Source: an uncultured Clostridia bacterium (GTDB lineage Bacteria > Bacillota > Clostridia > Christensenellales > UBA1242). From it: a stretch of 24,000 nucleotides of DNA. A program made the translations under genes and the position numbers. Location of the stretch: contig CALWKF010000002.1 in NCBI GenBank assembly GCA_944381215.1, positions 22,684-46,683 of the forward strand, written 5' to 3'. The notes under the pieces were generated by a model. That model was given only the letters and a program-made list of their open reading frames with translations. It did not search any database and was not told where the DNA came from. Below are positions 16,076 through 24,000 of the stretch, piece by piece (the stretch's first letter is position 1; each line of letters begins with the position of its first letter).

Positions 16076-17287
16076 TTACATCACATTAGCTGTGCAGAGT
16101 ATTAGGCCAATGCTAACCATATACATAAAGCCCACTCCCGCAAGAATTACGACTAACATATTGAGTAACTTTGATATAGACATTAAAAAGTCTGGGACCT
16201 TCGACTTTGTTAAGGGTTCGAGAATTGAGGCGGTTAGTTTTAGCCCGAGTGAAAACACTGCAATCTCAATTAGCGGGAAAAGCACTGTACTGGTAGCAAG
16301 CACTACACCAGTGAGCCCTATAGCATTCTTTATTAAGACACTGCTAGCCATTACTAGATTAAATCCGTCAGAAAGGTACCCACCAAGTATTGGTATATAA
16401 CTTTTTAGTGCAAACTTTGTAGCTCTTATGGATACGCTATCGAAACTCCCTGCAACTACACCGCCAATCATCATTGCGCCCATAAACACACTAAAACATA
16501 TTCCTGCTACCCATTTAAAGATACTATAAAACAGCGACTGGAATTTGCCAAGTTTAACGGAATCAGTCAAATGCCCGACAACGCTAAATACAAAGGAGAA
16601 TATAAAGAGCGGTATTAGAAAGTAAGTAAATATCTGCACCACTAGATTGCTGAGTATTACGAGTGTGGGCTGGAACATACTCACGGATACAGCACCGCCG
16701 ACTGAGGCAAGCAGTGTGAGTAGTATCGGGAATAGCAAGTCCATCTGCGCCTTTAACGAGTTTATGCAACTGGTCGTGCTATCAAGTAACGAGAACACGC
16801 TAGCGGTAATTAGGACAATTACCACGCCATAGCACACAAAGTCGATAATCTTACCCACAGAGTCGCCACCAACATCACCGCGCATATTTCCAACTAGGCT
16901 ACATAATACAGTTACTGCAATAATGATACAAAGCAAGGGAATGAAATCGCCAAGTCCACCGAAAAATGTACCAATTAGTGCATTAAAAAAGGAGCCGTAG
17001 TTTGTATCAAATTCACCATTTAACAGTCTAGTTACGCTGTCCCAAAAGCTTGTGCTATTAAAGAGGTCTTTCCCGTCTTGCGTAAGGTCGGCAATTATTT
17101 GGTCAAATTCACCTAAGTCGATGTTGCCTAGTTGGTCGTAGATGTTTTCCTCGAGTTGTTGTTCGAGTTCGGTACTGCTTGTCCCATCGGCACAGAATAC
17201 AGCAGGCAGGTACATTATAATTATGACTACTAACACTAAAATCGCTATTAGGAGTTTGGGGTTTGGAATACGATTTAATTTAATCAC
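16076..17287 (-). CDS. spoIIIAE: Stage III sporulation protein AE (SpoIIIAE)
   Basis: 403 aa polytopic protein; FKWVAGICFSVFMGAMMIGGVVAGSFDSVSIRATKFALKSYIPILGGYLSDGFNLVMASSVLIKNAIG. Confidence 0.95.
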   Translation of the reverse strand: MIKLNRIPNPKLLIAILVLVVIIIMYLPAVFCADGTSSTELEQQLEENIYDQLGNIDLGEFDQIIADLTQDGKDLFNSTSFWDSVTRLLNGEFDTNYGSFFNALIGTFFGGLGDFIPLLCIIIAVTVLCSLVGNMRGDVGGDSVGKIIDFVCYGVVIVLITASVFSLLDSTTSCINSLKAQMDLLFPILLTLLASVGGAVSVSMFQPTLVILSNLVVQIFTYFLIPLFIFSFVFSVVGHLTDSVKLGKFQSLFYSIFKWVAGICFSVFMGAMMIGGVVAGSFDSVSIRATKFALKSYIPILGGYLSDGFNLVMASSVLIKNAIGLTGVVLATSTVLFPLIEIAVFSLGLKLTASILEPLTKSKVPDFLMSISKLLNMLVVILAGVGFMYMVSIGLILCTANVM

Positions 17288-17673
17288 GGCATAATACTCA
17301 CAATTATATCTATTAGTGACTTGATAACGGGAATAGCCAATACAAAGATGACCAGTTTACCCGCTAGCATGATTTTACTAGCCACCGCACTATTCCCGCT
17401 GTCTAGGCATATATTAGCACTAAATTCAGTTAAATAACCTATTCCTATGATTTTTAGCAAAATGATAAAGAGTTCGCTGTTGAGCCCTGTGCTGTCTAAA
17501 ATGTACGAGAAAACACCGAAAACCTGTTCTAGTAAGTCGATTATGTAAAAAAATATCAGTATTGATCCCGCAACACCTACCAAAACTGCAATCTCGGGCT
17601 TGACCTGCTTTACCACAATAACTGCCACAACCACGACAAACGCTAGGCCGATGACTTTTATTAATTCAACCAC
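17284..17673 (-). CDS. spoIIIAD: Stage III sporulation protein AD (SpoIIIAD)
   Basis: 129 aa; VKQVKPEIAVLVGVAGSILIFFYIIDLLEQVFGVF...ELFIILLKIIGIGYLTEFSANICLDSGNSAVASKIMLAGKLVIFVLAIPVIKSLIDII. Confidence 0.94.
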   Translation of the reverse strand: MVELIKVIGLAFVVVVAVIVVKQVKPEIAVLVGVAGSILIFFYIIDLLEQVFGVFSYILDSTGLNSELFIILLKIIGIGYLTEFSANICLDSGNSAVASKIMLAGKLVIFVLAIPVIKSLIDIIVSIMP

Positions 17674-17681
17674 AGTGCCCC

Positions 17682-17879
17682 CTAATATAGATAAAATAGG
17701 TTTTGTACTGAACTAAACAATTCACTGACTAAATCAATCACGATTAGTAATACAACAATCAAGCCTGCTAATGTTGACAAAGTCGCTATTTCATCTTTGC
17801 CAGCCGATTTTAGCACCTGTGCTACTATTGCTACCACTATGCCGATGGCCGCAATTTTAAATATTACCTCTATCCCCAT
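17682..17879 (-). CDS. spoIIIAC: Stage III sporulation protein AC (SpoIIIAC)
   Basis: MGIEVIFKIAAIGIVVAIVAQVLKSAGKDEIATLSTLAGLIVVLLIVIDLVSELF. Confidence 0.95.
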   Translation of the reverse strand: MGIEVIFKIAAIGIVVAIVAQVLKSAGKDEIATLSTLAGLIVVLLIVIDLVSELFSSVQNLFYLY

Positions 17880-17887
17880 AAACACCC

Positions 17888-18406
17888 CTATAAAACAACT
17901 ATGAATAGTGCTAGCCCTGCCATAACTCCTAAACGTGAGGACATAGCACCTTTTTTCTGTTCCTCCCGAGTTTTATCTAAATGAGTATTTAGAGATTCTT
18001 TTGTCTGTCTAATCGCCTCTAACTGTGCCGTACTGTCTATTCGCCCGAGCCCTTGCATAAAGTTCGAGATTAACTCTGCCGTGTCCTTGTCAACCAAATT
18101 CTGCTTGCTTGTCCACTCATCAAGGTACGTCTTAACATTTGTCAAATTTTTTTGATAACCGTCCAAAAATAAGTTAAACTCATTGTGAAAAGCGGTTTTC
18201 TTTTCGTTTAGTAGTGTCGAAATCTCATTTTGCGTAAACATGATGTTTGTCTCAAAGAAGTCAAGAAAGGTTTTAAAGTCTTGAATGAATACAAGTTTTT
18301 TATGGTATTTAGAAGCCACTCTAAATCCGACTAGTGCACAGATAATAAAAAGCAGAGTACCTAGTAAAATATTCAATCTTCCCTCCCTTAACCGAAAAAA
18401 AGGCAC
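17888..18406 (-). CDS. spoIIIAB: Stage III sporulation protein AB (SpoIIIAB)
   Basis: LLGTLLFIICALVGFRVASKYHKKLVFIQDFKTFLDFFETNIMFTQNEISTLL; overlaps spoIIIAA. Confidence 0.88.
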   Translation of the reverse strand: MPFFRLREGRLNILLGTLLFIICALVGFRVASKYHKKLVFIQDFKTFLDFFETNIMFTQNEISTLLNEKKTAFHNEFNLFLDGYQKNLTNVKTYLDEWTSKQNLVDKDTAELISNFMQGLGRIDSTAQLEAIRQTKESLNTHLDKTREEQKKGAMSSRLGVMAGLALFIVVL

Positions 18407-19302
18407 GAGTTATTCTTATCCCATACGCCTTCAATTGTGCCTACGCCTTTTCTGCACGACAAAACAACAAAGCGATCAAATAATTTACAACTCAAAATGT
18501 TCGCAAAACTCGGCTTGTTTTGTAAATCGTAGATATCTTTGCTGTGTGCGGTCGCAATAATTTTTACGCCTGAACCTGCCACATAGTTAACAGCCTCAAT
18601 ATCTTCTTTTGTCGCCAACTCGTCTAGAATAATCGCATCGGGCGACATTGTGCGGACACCGTTAATTATGCCGAACTGTTTTGGTGAGCCCGCATATATG
18701 TCTGTATACTTGCCGACATATAAACTAGCACGTCCGTCGACACTCGCCGAAATTTCGTTTCTCTCATCGACAATTAATAGATTCCGCGTAATAAACTTGT
18801 CACTGAGGTGAGTCGCTAAGTCGCGAATAAAAGTCGTTTTTCCTGCGCCTGGTGGAGCAATTACTAGTGTGTTTTTCACTCCGTCAGAATCGTGTAAAAA
18901 AGGAAGGGCATTAAGGCTACAATTCTTAACCGCGTGCGGTATACGTATGTTTATAGAGCTAAAATTTTTAATCGTCTTTATTTTGTCGTTACCTAGCACA
19001 ATTTCACCACAAATACCCAAGCGGACACCTGATGAGAGCGTGATAAAGCCTTGTTTTAATTCCTCGTTGTGCGCATAGACACTACACTCACAGGCACGGA
19101 AAACTAGATCATTAAGTTCCTGCGCGGTTACCGTTAGCGCATCGCCTTCGGCATCAGCTAGTCCATTTTCACCCAAATAATAACGCCCGCCGTAATAGAT
19201 AATTGTAGGATAGCCAACGCGCAACCTAATCTCGTTTAGTTTATTGACGTCTAAAAAATCTAGCGCGTGCGAAAACCGTGGTGGTAAGACCTTACTCAGC
19301 AC
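18388..19302 (-). CDS. spoIIIAA: Stage III sporulation protein AA (SpoIIIAA), secretion-like ATPase
   Basis: EIRLRVGYPTIIYY, LVIAPPGAGKTTFIRDLATHLSD, LLIVDERNEISAS, DAIILDELATKEDIEAVNYVAGSGVKIIATAHS. GTG at 19302 lies 8 nt from GGAGG; the track start is 19311. Confidence 0.95.
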   Translation of the reverse strand: MLSKVLPPRFSHALDFLDVNKLNEIRLRVGYPTIIYYGGRYYLGENGLADAEGDALTVTAQELNDLVFRACECSVYAHNEELKQGFITLSSGVRLGICGEIVLGNDKIKTIKNFSSINIRIPHAVKNCSLNALPFLHDSDGVKNTLVIAPPGAGKTTFIRDLATHLSDKFITRNLLIVDERNEISASVDGRASLYVGKYTDIYAGSPKQFGIINGVRTMSPDAIILDELATKEDIEAVNYVAGSGVKIIATAHSKDIYDLQNKPSFANILSCKLFDRFVVLSCRKGVGTIEGVWDKNNSCLFFG

Positions 19303-19323
19303 TTTTGCCACCTCCTTCGCTCT

Positions 19324-19352
19324 ATTTTATTGAGGAAAGTTGCTAAATATGA
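19324..19352 (-). promoter_or_regulatory. Candidate SigE-dependent promoter of the spoIIIA operon
   Basis: Reverse strand: TCATATT (19346-19352), 14-nt spacer, AATAAAAT (19324-19331), against the Bacillus SigE consensus KMATATT-N14/15-CATACAHT (-35 full match, -10 6/8). Confidence 0.5.
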
Positions 19353-19383
19353 TAAAAGAGCATGGACTTTTTGCTCCACGCTC

Positions 19384-20373
19384 TTACATATTTCTTAAAA
19401 ATACATTCTCGTCTTGTTTTAGCCGCTCCATATCGCTAGTATTAAATATGTTTATCATTCGATTTGTTTTGCCGAAAATTTCGACTTTTTTATTTTGAGT
19501 ATTTGTAAAATTGCCTTCGCCTAAGAGTCTAATATTCCTAGATATTGAATAGTTGTCGAGTTTTACGCCCCCACCGACAAGAGAACGGTCTGACACTATG
19601 CTATTCTTTACCACAGCACGCTCGCACACCACAGCATCGCCATAAATCTCACTATTCCCCGCAACCGAGGCATTTTCCTGCACTGTTGCATTTTGTGTTA
19701 CAGAGGCCTCGGGGAATATCCAACAATCTCCCAACTGCGAAAGATTTTGAGAACTGCTAATTAGGCCACCTAACTCACCCTTTTTAACAAACTGGTACTT
19801 GTTATTAATATCGCGAAGGGCTTGAATACGGAACAAGCCAACGCCCTCAGGAAGCATTAAATATTTTGTCACGGGACGCTCCTCTTGAGGTTTGTAGGGT
19901 CTGCCAATACACTTGTCAAGTGTAACACTGCACAAGTCTTGAGTGCTGAAAAGTGAAGTATCCCCCGTAACGCTAGACTTAAATAGCAAGGCTTGCCCAC
20001 CAACTACGGCATTTTGATTCACAAAGCAATCTACCAATTTAGGGGAACCGATAACTGTTGCATTCCCGCACACATAACTATTAAGTAATTTTGCTTTACC
20101 ACTGATTAGTGCATTGTCGCAAACCACACTACTATGGCGTAAAACAGCATGACCGCGTACCACCGCATTGTCACGTACAATACTATTATCAAATATCCAT
20201 GCATCGGAATATTTAGTTAAGTTCGCCTCACTGGCAACATATCCGCCTAATTCACCTCGCTTTACCACACCCGATGGAGTATATATATCCCTTAGGGCTC
20301 TAATGCGATATAATTTAGTGCCGTCGTTATCTCTTATATAATCATTCCCGACGATTTCGTATTTTGTATTCAT
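19384..20373 (-). CDS. YdcK-like beta-helix (hexapeptide-like) protein with internal duplication
   Basis: YRIRALRDIYTPSGVVKRGELGGYVASEANLTKYSDAWIFDNS and FRIQALRDINNKYQFVKKGELGGLISSSQNLSQLGDCWIFPEA form two copies of one module, each followed by hexapeptide-like rungs (VVRGHAVL, VCGNATVIGS). ATG at 20373 has a GAGGAG SD. Confidence 0.8.
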   Translation of the reverse strand: MNTKYEIVGNDYIRDNDGTKLYRIRALRDIYTPSGVVKRGELGGYVASEANLTKYSDAWIFDNSIVRDNAVVRGHAVLRHSSVVCDNALISGKAKLLNSYVCGNATVIGSPKLVDCFVNQNAVVGGQALLFKSSVTGDTSLFSTQDLCSVTLDKCIGRPYKPQEERPVTKYLMLPEGVGLFRIQALRDINNKYQFVKKGELGGLISSSQNLSQLGDCWIFPEASVTQNATVQENASVAGNSEIYGDAVVCERAVVKNSIVSDRSLVGGGVKLDNYSISRNIRLLGEGNFTNTQNKKVEIFGKTNRMINIFNTSDMERLKQDENVFLRNM

Positions 20374-20429
20374 ATTTTCTCCTCTAAAAAGCAAAAAGGC
20401 AGGTCAAAACGACTTGCCTAATTTGCAAA

Positions 20430-20564
20430 CTACATTTTTGCGACTTGGTCTTTTATTTTCTGCTTGCCTTTTTCAATGGCGTCTTTAACAGGTTTACAAG
20501 TCTGCACCAGAATTGCCCCAGCGACTGCGCCGAGGACCATTCCTACTAAAATGCCATCACACAT
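20430..20564 (-). CDS. 44-aa YtxH-like small membrane protein (absent from the ORF track)
   Basis: MCDGILVGMVLGAVAGAILVQTCKPVKDAIEKGKQKIKDQVAKM; strong AAGGAGGAG SD. One TM helix followed by a Lys-rich amphipathic segment. Confidence 0.7.
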   Translation of the reverse strand: MCDGILVGMVLGAVAGAILVQTCKPVKDAIEKGKQKIKDQVAKM

Positions 20565-20723
20565 AGTACTTCTCCTCCTTTATTTTCTAAACTTATTGTG
20601 TGTACTTTTTCACAAAATAAAGAAGTTAAAAATTGTTAAATCAAAACTATGCGCAATAGTGCTGTATTGACAGCCGTAGTACTTTATATTTTATTTAAAA
20701 TTATTGGAATATAATTAACACTA

Positions 20724-21116
20724 CTACTCCGTGCCAGTCTTGGTTTCCTTCTCCAAACGCTTGTAATAATCTTCAACAGCGTTGGTTAGAGCGAGGCTCG
20801 CAAGACTTAAACAATAGTCCTTTTGCGGAGCAATCTCGCCCAATTCCTCCAAGACATCGTTGATGTTGAAGTTTAGAAGTTCATCAACTGTTAGCCCGAT
20901 TACCATTTTGGCAGTAACCGAACACACGGCAATCAATGTTGCACCTCCAAAAGTTTTAAATCTAGCATCAACAACCTTGCCGTTCTCAATTTGTAGATAA
21001 AACTTTACAATATCACTGCAGATATCGCTATCTGCCCTACCTATTGCATTTGCCCCACGCAGCATTCCCGCGTTTTGAGGATTTTGCAATATTTCCATAA
21101 TTTTTGCGTTATACAT
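20724..21116 (-). CDS. IscU/NifU-like Fe-S cluster scaffold protein, atypical
   Basis: KIMEILQNPQNAGML, ICSDIVKFYLQIENGKVVDARFKTFGGATLIAVCS, DYCLSLASLALTNAVEDYYKR; directly downstream of iscS. Confidence 0.88.
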   Translation of the reverse strand: MYNAKIMEILQNPQNAGMLRGANAIGRADSDICSDIVKFYLQIENGKVVDARFKTFGGATLIAVCSVTAKMVIGLTVDELLNFNINDVLEELGEIAPQKDYCLSLASLALTNAVEDYYKRLEKETKTGTE

Positions 21117-21117
21117 A

Positions 21118-22299
21118 TTACTCGTCCTCCTTTCCTACCTGTGATTTAGTCAATGCGGAAATCTTGCGCAACTTTTCCACACACTCAATAAGTTTTTCAA
21201 CTACGTAGTCAATTTCATCCTTTGTAGTGTTTTTACCTAGGCTAAAACGCACAGCCCCTTGTGCAAGGTCTGGTGCAATTCCCATAGCAGTAAGAACGTG
21301 GCTATTCTCGATAGAACCTGACGAGCATGCCGACCCCGTGCTAACTGCGATACCGTTTAGGTCAAGCAAGTACATCAAGCTCTCGCCCTCGACCATACCG
21401 AATGAGAAATTGACATTGTTAGGCAGTCTCTGTACGGGATGTCCATTTAACTGGGTCATCTCGATACTGCTAACAACTCGTTGAATAAAGTAGTCGCGTA
21501 GAGTCCTCATCTTCTTGCTGTTCGCAATAATGTCGCGGGTGGCAATCTCGACAGCCTTTCCTAGTCCCACAATGCCAGGGACATTGCTAGTGCCAGCGCG
21601 GAGGCCAAATTCCTGCTCACCACCATTCATAAAGGGTGTAATTACAACCCCGTCGTGTACATATAGAGCACCTACACCCTTTGGCCCGTTTAGTTTGTGT
21701 CCACTTAGGCTTAGAGCATCAATGTTCATCTCGTGAACGTTGATATTTACGGCGCCGATTGCCTGTGTTGCATCAGTGTGGAAAATTACATTCTTTTCTC
21801 TTGCAATGTTTGCGATTGCCTGAATGTTTTGAATAGTGCCCACTTCGTTATTGGCAGCCATTATTGAGATTAAAATTGTGTCGGCACTGATGTAGTGAAG
21901 CAACTGGTCAATGCGCACAAGGCCCATTTCATCAACATCTAGATATGTTACCCTAAACCCTTCACGCTCGAGTTTGTGGCAGGTTTCTAGAATACTTGGG
22001 TGCTCGATTTTGCTGGTGATGATGTGGTTACCCTTGTGCCTGTTTGCCTTTGCAATTCCATTTAAGGCCCAGTTGTTAGATTCAGTTGCGCCACTGGTAA
22101 AGTAAACCTCATTTGGTTCACAGCCAATAGATTTCGCGATGCGTTCACGCGCAAGGTCGACAGCAGACTTTGCCGTCCTACCAAAACTGTGCAGACTATT
22201 CGGGTTACCGAAGTCGCTAGTTAGATACGGCATCATCTCGTTTAGAACTTCCCCAGACAACGGTGTAGTAGATGCGTTGTCAAGATAGATTTTGTTCAT
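21118..22299 (-). CDS. iscS: Cysteine desulfurase, IscS/NifS family
   Basis: IYLDNASTTPLSGEV, SGATESNNWALNG, SLSGHKLNGPKGVGALYV, GIAVSTGSACSSGSI. Confidence 0.93.
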   Translation of the reverse strand: MNKIYLDNASTTPLSGEVLNEMMPYLTSDFGNPNSLHSFGRTAKSAVDLARERIAKSIGCEPNEVYFTSGATESNNWALNGIAKANRHKGNHIITSKIEHPSILETCHKLEREGFRVTYLDVDEMGLVRIDQLLHYISADTILISIMAANNEVGTIQNIQAIANIAREKNVIFHTDATQAIGAVNINVHEMNIDALSLSGHKLNGPKGVGALYVHDGVVITPFMNGGEQEFGLRAGTSNVPGIVGLGKAVEIATRDIIANSKKMRTLRDYFIQRVVSSIEMTQLNGHPVQRLPNNVNFSFGMVEGESLMYLLDLNGIAVSTGSACSSGSIENSHVLTAMGIAPDLAQGAVRFSLGKNTTKDEIDYVVEKLIECVEKLRKISALTKSQVGKEDE

Positions 22300-22354
22300 A
22301 ATCTATACTCCTTTTTCTTTTTGTGTTGCATATAAAAGTCTCTTTGATAATTAA

Positions 22355-22383
22355 ATTATATCACTAATCTATGATTATGTCAA
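22355..22383 (-). promoter_or_regulatory. Perfect-consensus SigA promoter of the iscS-iscU unit
   Basis: Reverse strand: TTGACA (22378-22383), 17-nt spacer, TATAAT (22355-22360). Confidence 0.85.
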
Positions 22384-22400
22384 GAGTGAAAGTAATGCAT

Positions 22401-22435
22401 AAAAAAAGAATTACTCAAAAGAATAATTCCTTTTT
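22401..22435 (-). terminator. Rho-independent terminator of trxA
   Basis: aaaaaaaGAATTAcTCaaaaGAaTAATTCcttttt. Confidence 0.8.
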
Positions 22436-22438
22436 AAA

Positions 22439-22762
22439 TTAGTCCAAATTCGAGTTAATCAAGTCCTCAATTTGAGACTTTTGCCTAAAACCTGACACGC
22501 GAGTTACTTCGGCACCATTTTTAAATAAAATTAGTGTAGGTACGCCCATAATGCCATACTCTTTCGCTAGGTCCATACTCTCATCGATGTCGACCTTGGC
22601 AACAACTACTTTTTCGCCCATTTCCTGTTCTACTTGGTCAAGAATTGGCGATAACATCTTACAAGGACCACACCAAGTCGCAAAAAAGTCCACAAGCACT
22701 GGCTTGTCACCCTCAAGTGCAGTCTCCTTAAAGTTTTCGGTATTTATATGAACAATTGCCAT
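22439..22762 (-). CDS. trxA: Thioredoxin
   Basis: VLVDFFATWCGPCKMLSPILDQ, MGVPTLILFKNGAEV. ATG at 22762 (MAIVHI) behind AAGGAG; the track start is 22780. Confidence 0.96.
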   Translation of the reverse strand: MAIVHINTENFKETALEGDKPVLVDFFATWCGPCKMLSPILDQVEQEMGEKVVVAKVDIDESMDLAKEYGIMGVPTLILFKNGAEVTRVSGFRQKSQIEDLINSNLD

Positions 22763-22795
22763 TTTCTTTCTCCTTTTCACATAAAATCAGCTTAT

Positions 22796-22824
22796 ATTAT
22801 ACCCGAAAAGGCCAAAAATTACAA
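22796..22824 (-). promoter_or_regulatory. Candidate SigA promoter of trxA
   Basis: Reverse strand: TTGTAA (22819-22824), 17-nt spacer, TATAAT (22796-22801). Confidence 0.6.
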
Positions 22825-22832
22825 ACAAAAAT

Positions 22833-24000
22833 CTATAAGTTTTTGAAATTTGCAGTACTAGAGAGTATTTCGCCAGTCTCCAAATCTTTTATCTGCCATT
22901 CGCGTGTTTTTGCCTCATTCTCGCCGATTACTATTAGGTATTTAGCACCGATCGTGTTCGCGTACTTCATTTGCGCCTTGAAACTACGGGCGGTTAGATT
23001 TGTTTCTACCGAGTAGCCTGCATTACGATACTCTTTTGCTAATTCAAATACAAAAGGCAGTACGTCCTCGGTCGTGTTGGCGATGTAGTATAGTGGTGTA
23101 TTAGGGACTAGCGACTGGTCAACCAAGTGAACGACTCGGTCGAGCCCAATTCCCACACCAAGTGCTGGGCAAGGCTTCCCGCCGATTTCAGCAACAAGGT
23201 TATCGTACCTGCCACCTGCTGCGATTGTGAGTTTTTTGCCGTCAAAACCGTCGTGCTCGAACTCGAAAACGGTTTTCGTGTAGTAATCAAGCCCGCGCAC
23301 GAGCCTCGGTGTAACAGTAAAACCTACACCCTGCTCATTTAGTAGCCTCTGTAACTCCTCGAAGTGCGCTCTACATTCATCGCAGAGGTAGTCTAATATG
23401 CTGTGGGCGTCCTTTAAGATGTTTTGGCACGACTCGACCTTGCAGTCAAGCATACGCAAGGGGTTCTCATTCGCCCTACGTTTACAATCACCACATAGTG
23501 AGTCAAGGTGTGCAGAGGCGAACTCGCGCAAAGCCACGTTATACTTCGCACGGCACTCGGGACAGCCTATTGAATTTAGAAGCAAATTGTAGTCCTTGAT
23601 GCCCAAAGCGTGCAAAAAGTTACTAATCAGCACGATTAGTTCCGCATCGGCCTCTGGGTTAGATGCTCCAAAACACTCGAGTCCAAACTGATTAAACTCA
23701 CGATAACGGCCCTTTTGTGTGTTCTCGTAGCGGAAGCAATTGGAAAAATAATAGAGCTTTTGTGGCAAGGCCTCGTTTAACATTCCGTTCTCGACAACTG
23801 CACGCACGACCCCTGCGGTGCCTTCGGGACGAAGAGCCAAGTGCCTCTCGCCTTTGTCTATAAACTCATACATTTCTTTTGAAACAATGTCGCTGGTATC
23901 CCCTACACTACGCTTATACAAAGCCACATCCTCAAATGTCGGGGTGCGAATTTCGCGGTAATTATATAGGCCCGCAATCTTTCTGCCAGTGTCTTCTAAA
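22833..24000 (-). CDS. hisS: Histidyl-tRNA synthetase (5' end outside the window)
   Basis: YREIRTPTFEDVALYKRSVGDTSDIVSKEMYEF, LRPEGTAGVVRAVVENG, VRGLDYYTKTVFEFE, AAGGRYDNLVAEIGGKPCPALGVGIG. The frame stays open to the edge, so the track's GTG start at 23927 is internal. Confidence 0.95.
   Translation of the reverse strand, partial: LEDTGRKIAGLYNYREIRTPTFEDVALYKRSVGDTSDIVSKEMYEFIDKGERHLALRPEGTAGVVRAVVENGMLNEALPQKLYYFSNCFRYENTQKGRYREFNQFGLECFGASNPEADAELIVLISNFLHALGIKDYNLLLNSIGCPECRAKYNVALREFASAHLDSLCGDCKRRANENPLRMLDCKVESCQNILKDAHSILDYLCDECRAHFEELQRLLNEQGVGFTVTPRLVRGLDYYTKTVFEFEHDGFDGKKLTIAAGGRYDNLVAEIGGKPCPALGVGIGLDRVVHLVDQSLVPNTPLYYIANTTEDVLPFVFELAKEYRNAGYSVETNLTARSFKAQMKYANTIGAKYLIVIGENEAKTREWQIKDLETGEILSSTANFKNL

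Noticed and set aside
19354-19380. Terminator between the YdcK-like gene and spoIIIAA (GAGCA...TGCTC)
   Set aside because: Five-bp stem with competing TGGA/TCCA pairing; too weak to claim.
20660-20690. GCTGT-caat-ACAGC style mini-hairpin in the iscU-like to 44-aa ORF gap
   Set aside because: Stem of 5 bp without supporting context.
22355-22383. IscR/Rrf2-type operator on the iscS promoter
   Set aside because: The promoter is perfect-consensus, but I could not find a convincing Rrf2-family palindrome overlapping it.
1-24000. CRISPR arrays, transposases, integrases, prophage, retron or toxin-antitoxin modules, tRNA or rRNA
   Set aside because: None supported: no regularly spaced long repeats beyond the ~15-nt argR elements, and nearly all coding space is accounted for by housekeeping and sporulation genes.

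Overview
Nearly all of this 24 kb window is a minus-strand core block from an endospore-forming, low-GC Clostridia-like bacterium. From right to left it reads: hisS (partial), trxA, iscS/nifS, an iscU-like gene, a 44-aa ORF missing from the supplied track, a YdcK-like beta-helix protein, spoIIIAA-AH, asp23, nusB, xseA, xseB, a conserved membrane protein, argR, a small Gly-rich ORF, a plus-strand NitT/TauT/SsuABC-type ABC transporter on the opposite strand, pgsA, a small membrane protein, spoIIGA, sigE, sigG, recN, spoIVB and a left-edge-truncated spo0A. I see no CRISPR array, transposase, rRNA or tRNA, and no obviously new defence or mobile system. The best leads are subtler. (1) The spo0A at the canonical spoIVB-spo0A locus, absent from the ORF track, encodes a degenerate receiver domain (phosphoacceptor Asp position reads Asn) and an altered recognition helix. 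(2) The sigE-sigG gap holds a SigF-type promoter whose -10 overlaps the 5' arm of a perfect hairpin that touches the sigG ribosome-binding site, so only read-through mRNA could fold and mask it. (3) A regularly phased (23/23/24 nt) four-copy repeat array plus a perfect 16-bp palindrome lies upstream of argR, with one copy on the -35. (4) The IscU-like protein lacks the second canonical Cys and the conserved His. (5) A perfect 11-bp inverted repeat sits over the recN -10. (6) A YdcK-like duplicated beta-helix gene lies just upstream of the spoIIIA operon. All family calls are from recalled motifs; no database search was run.
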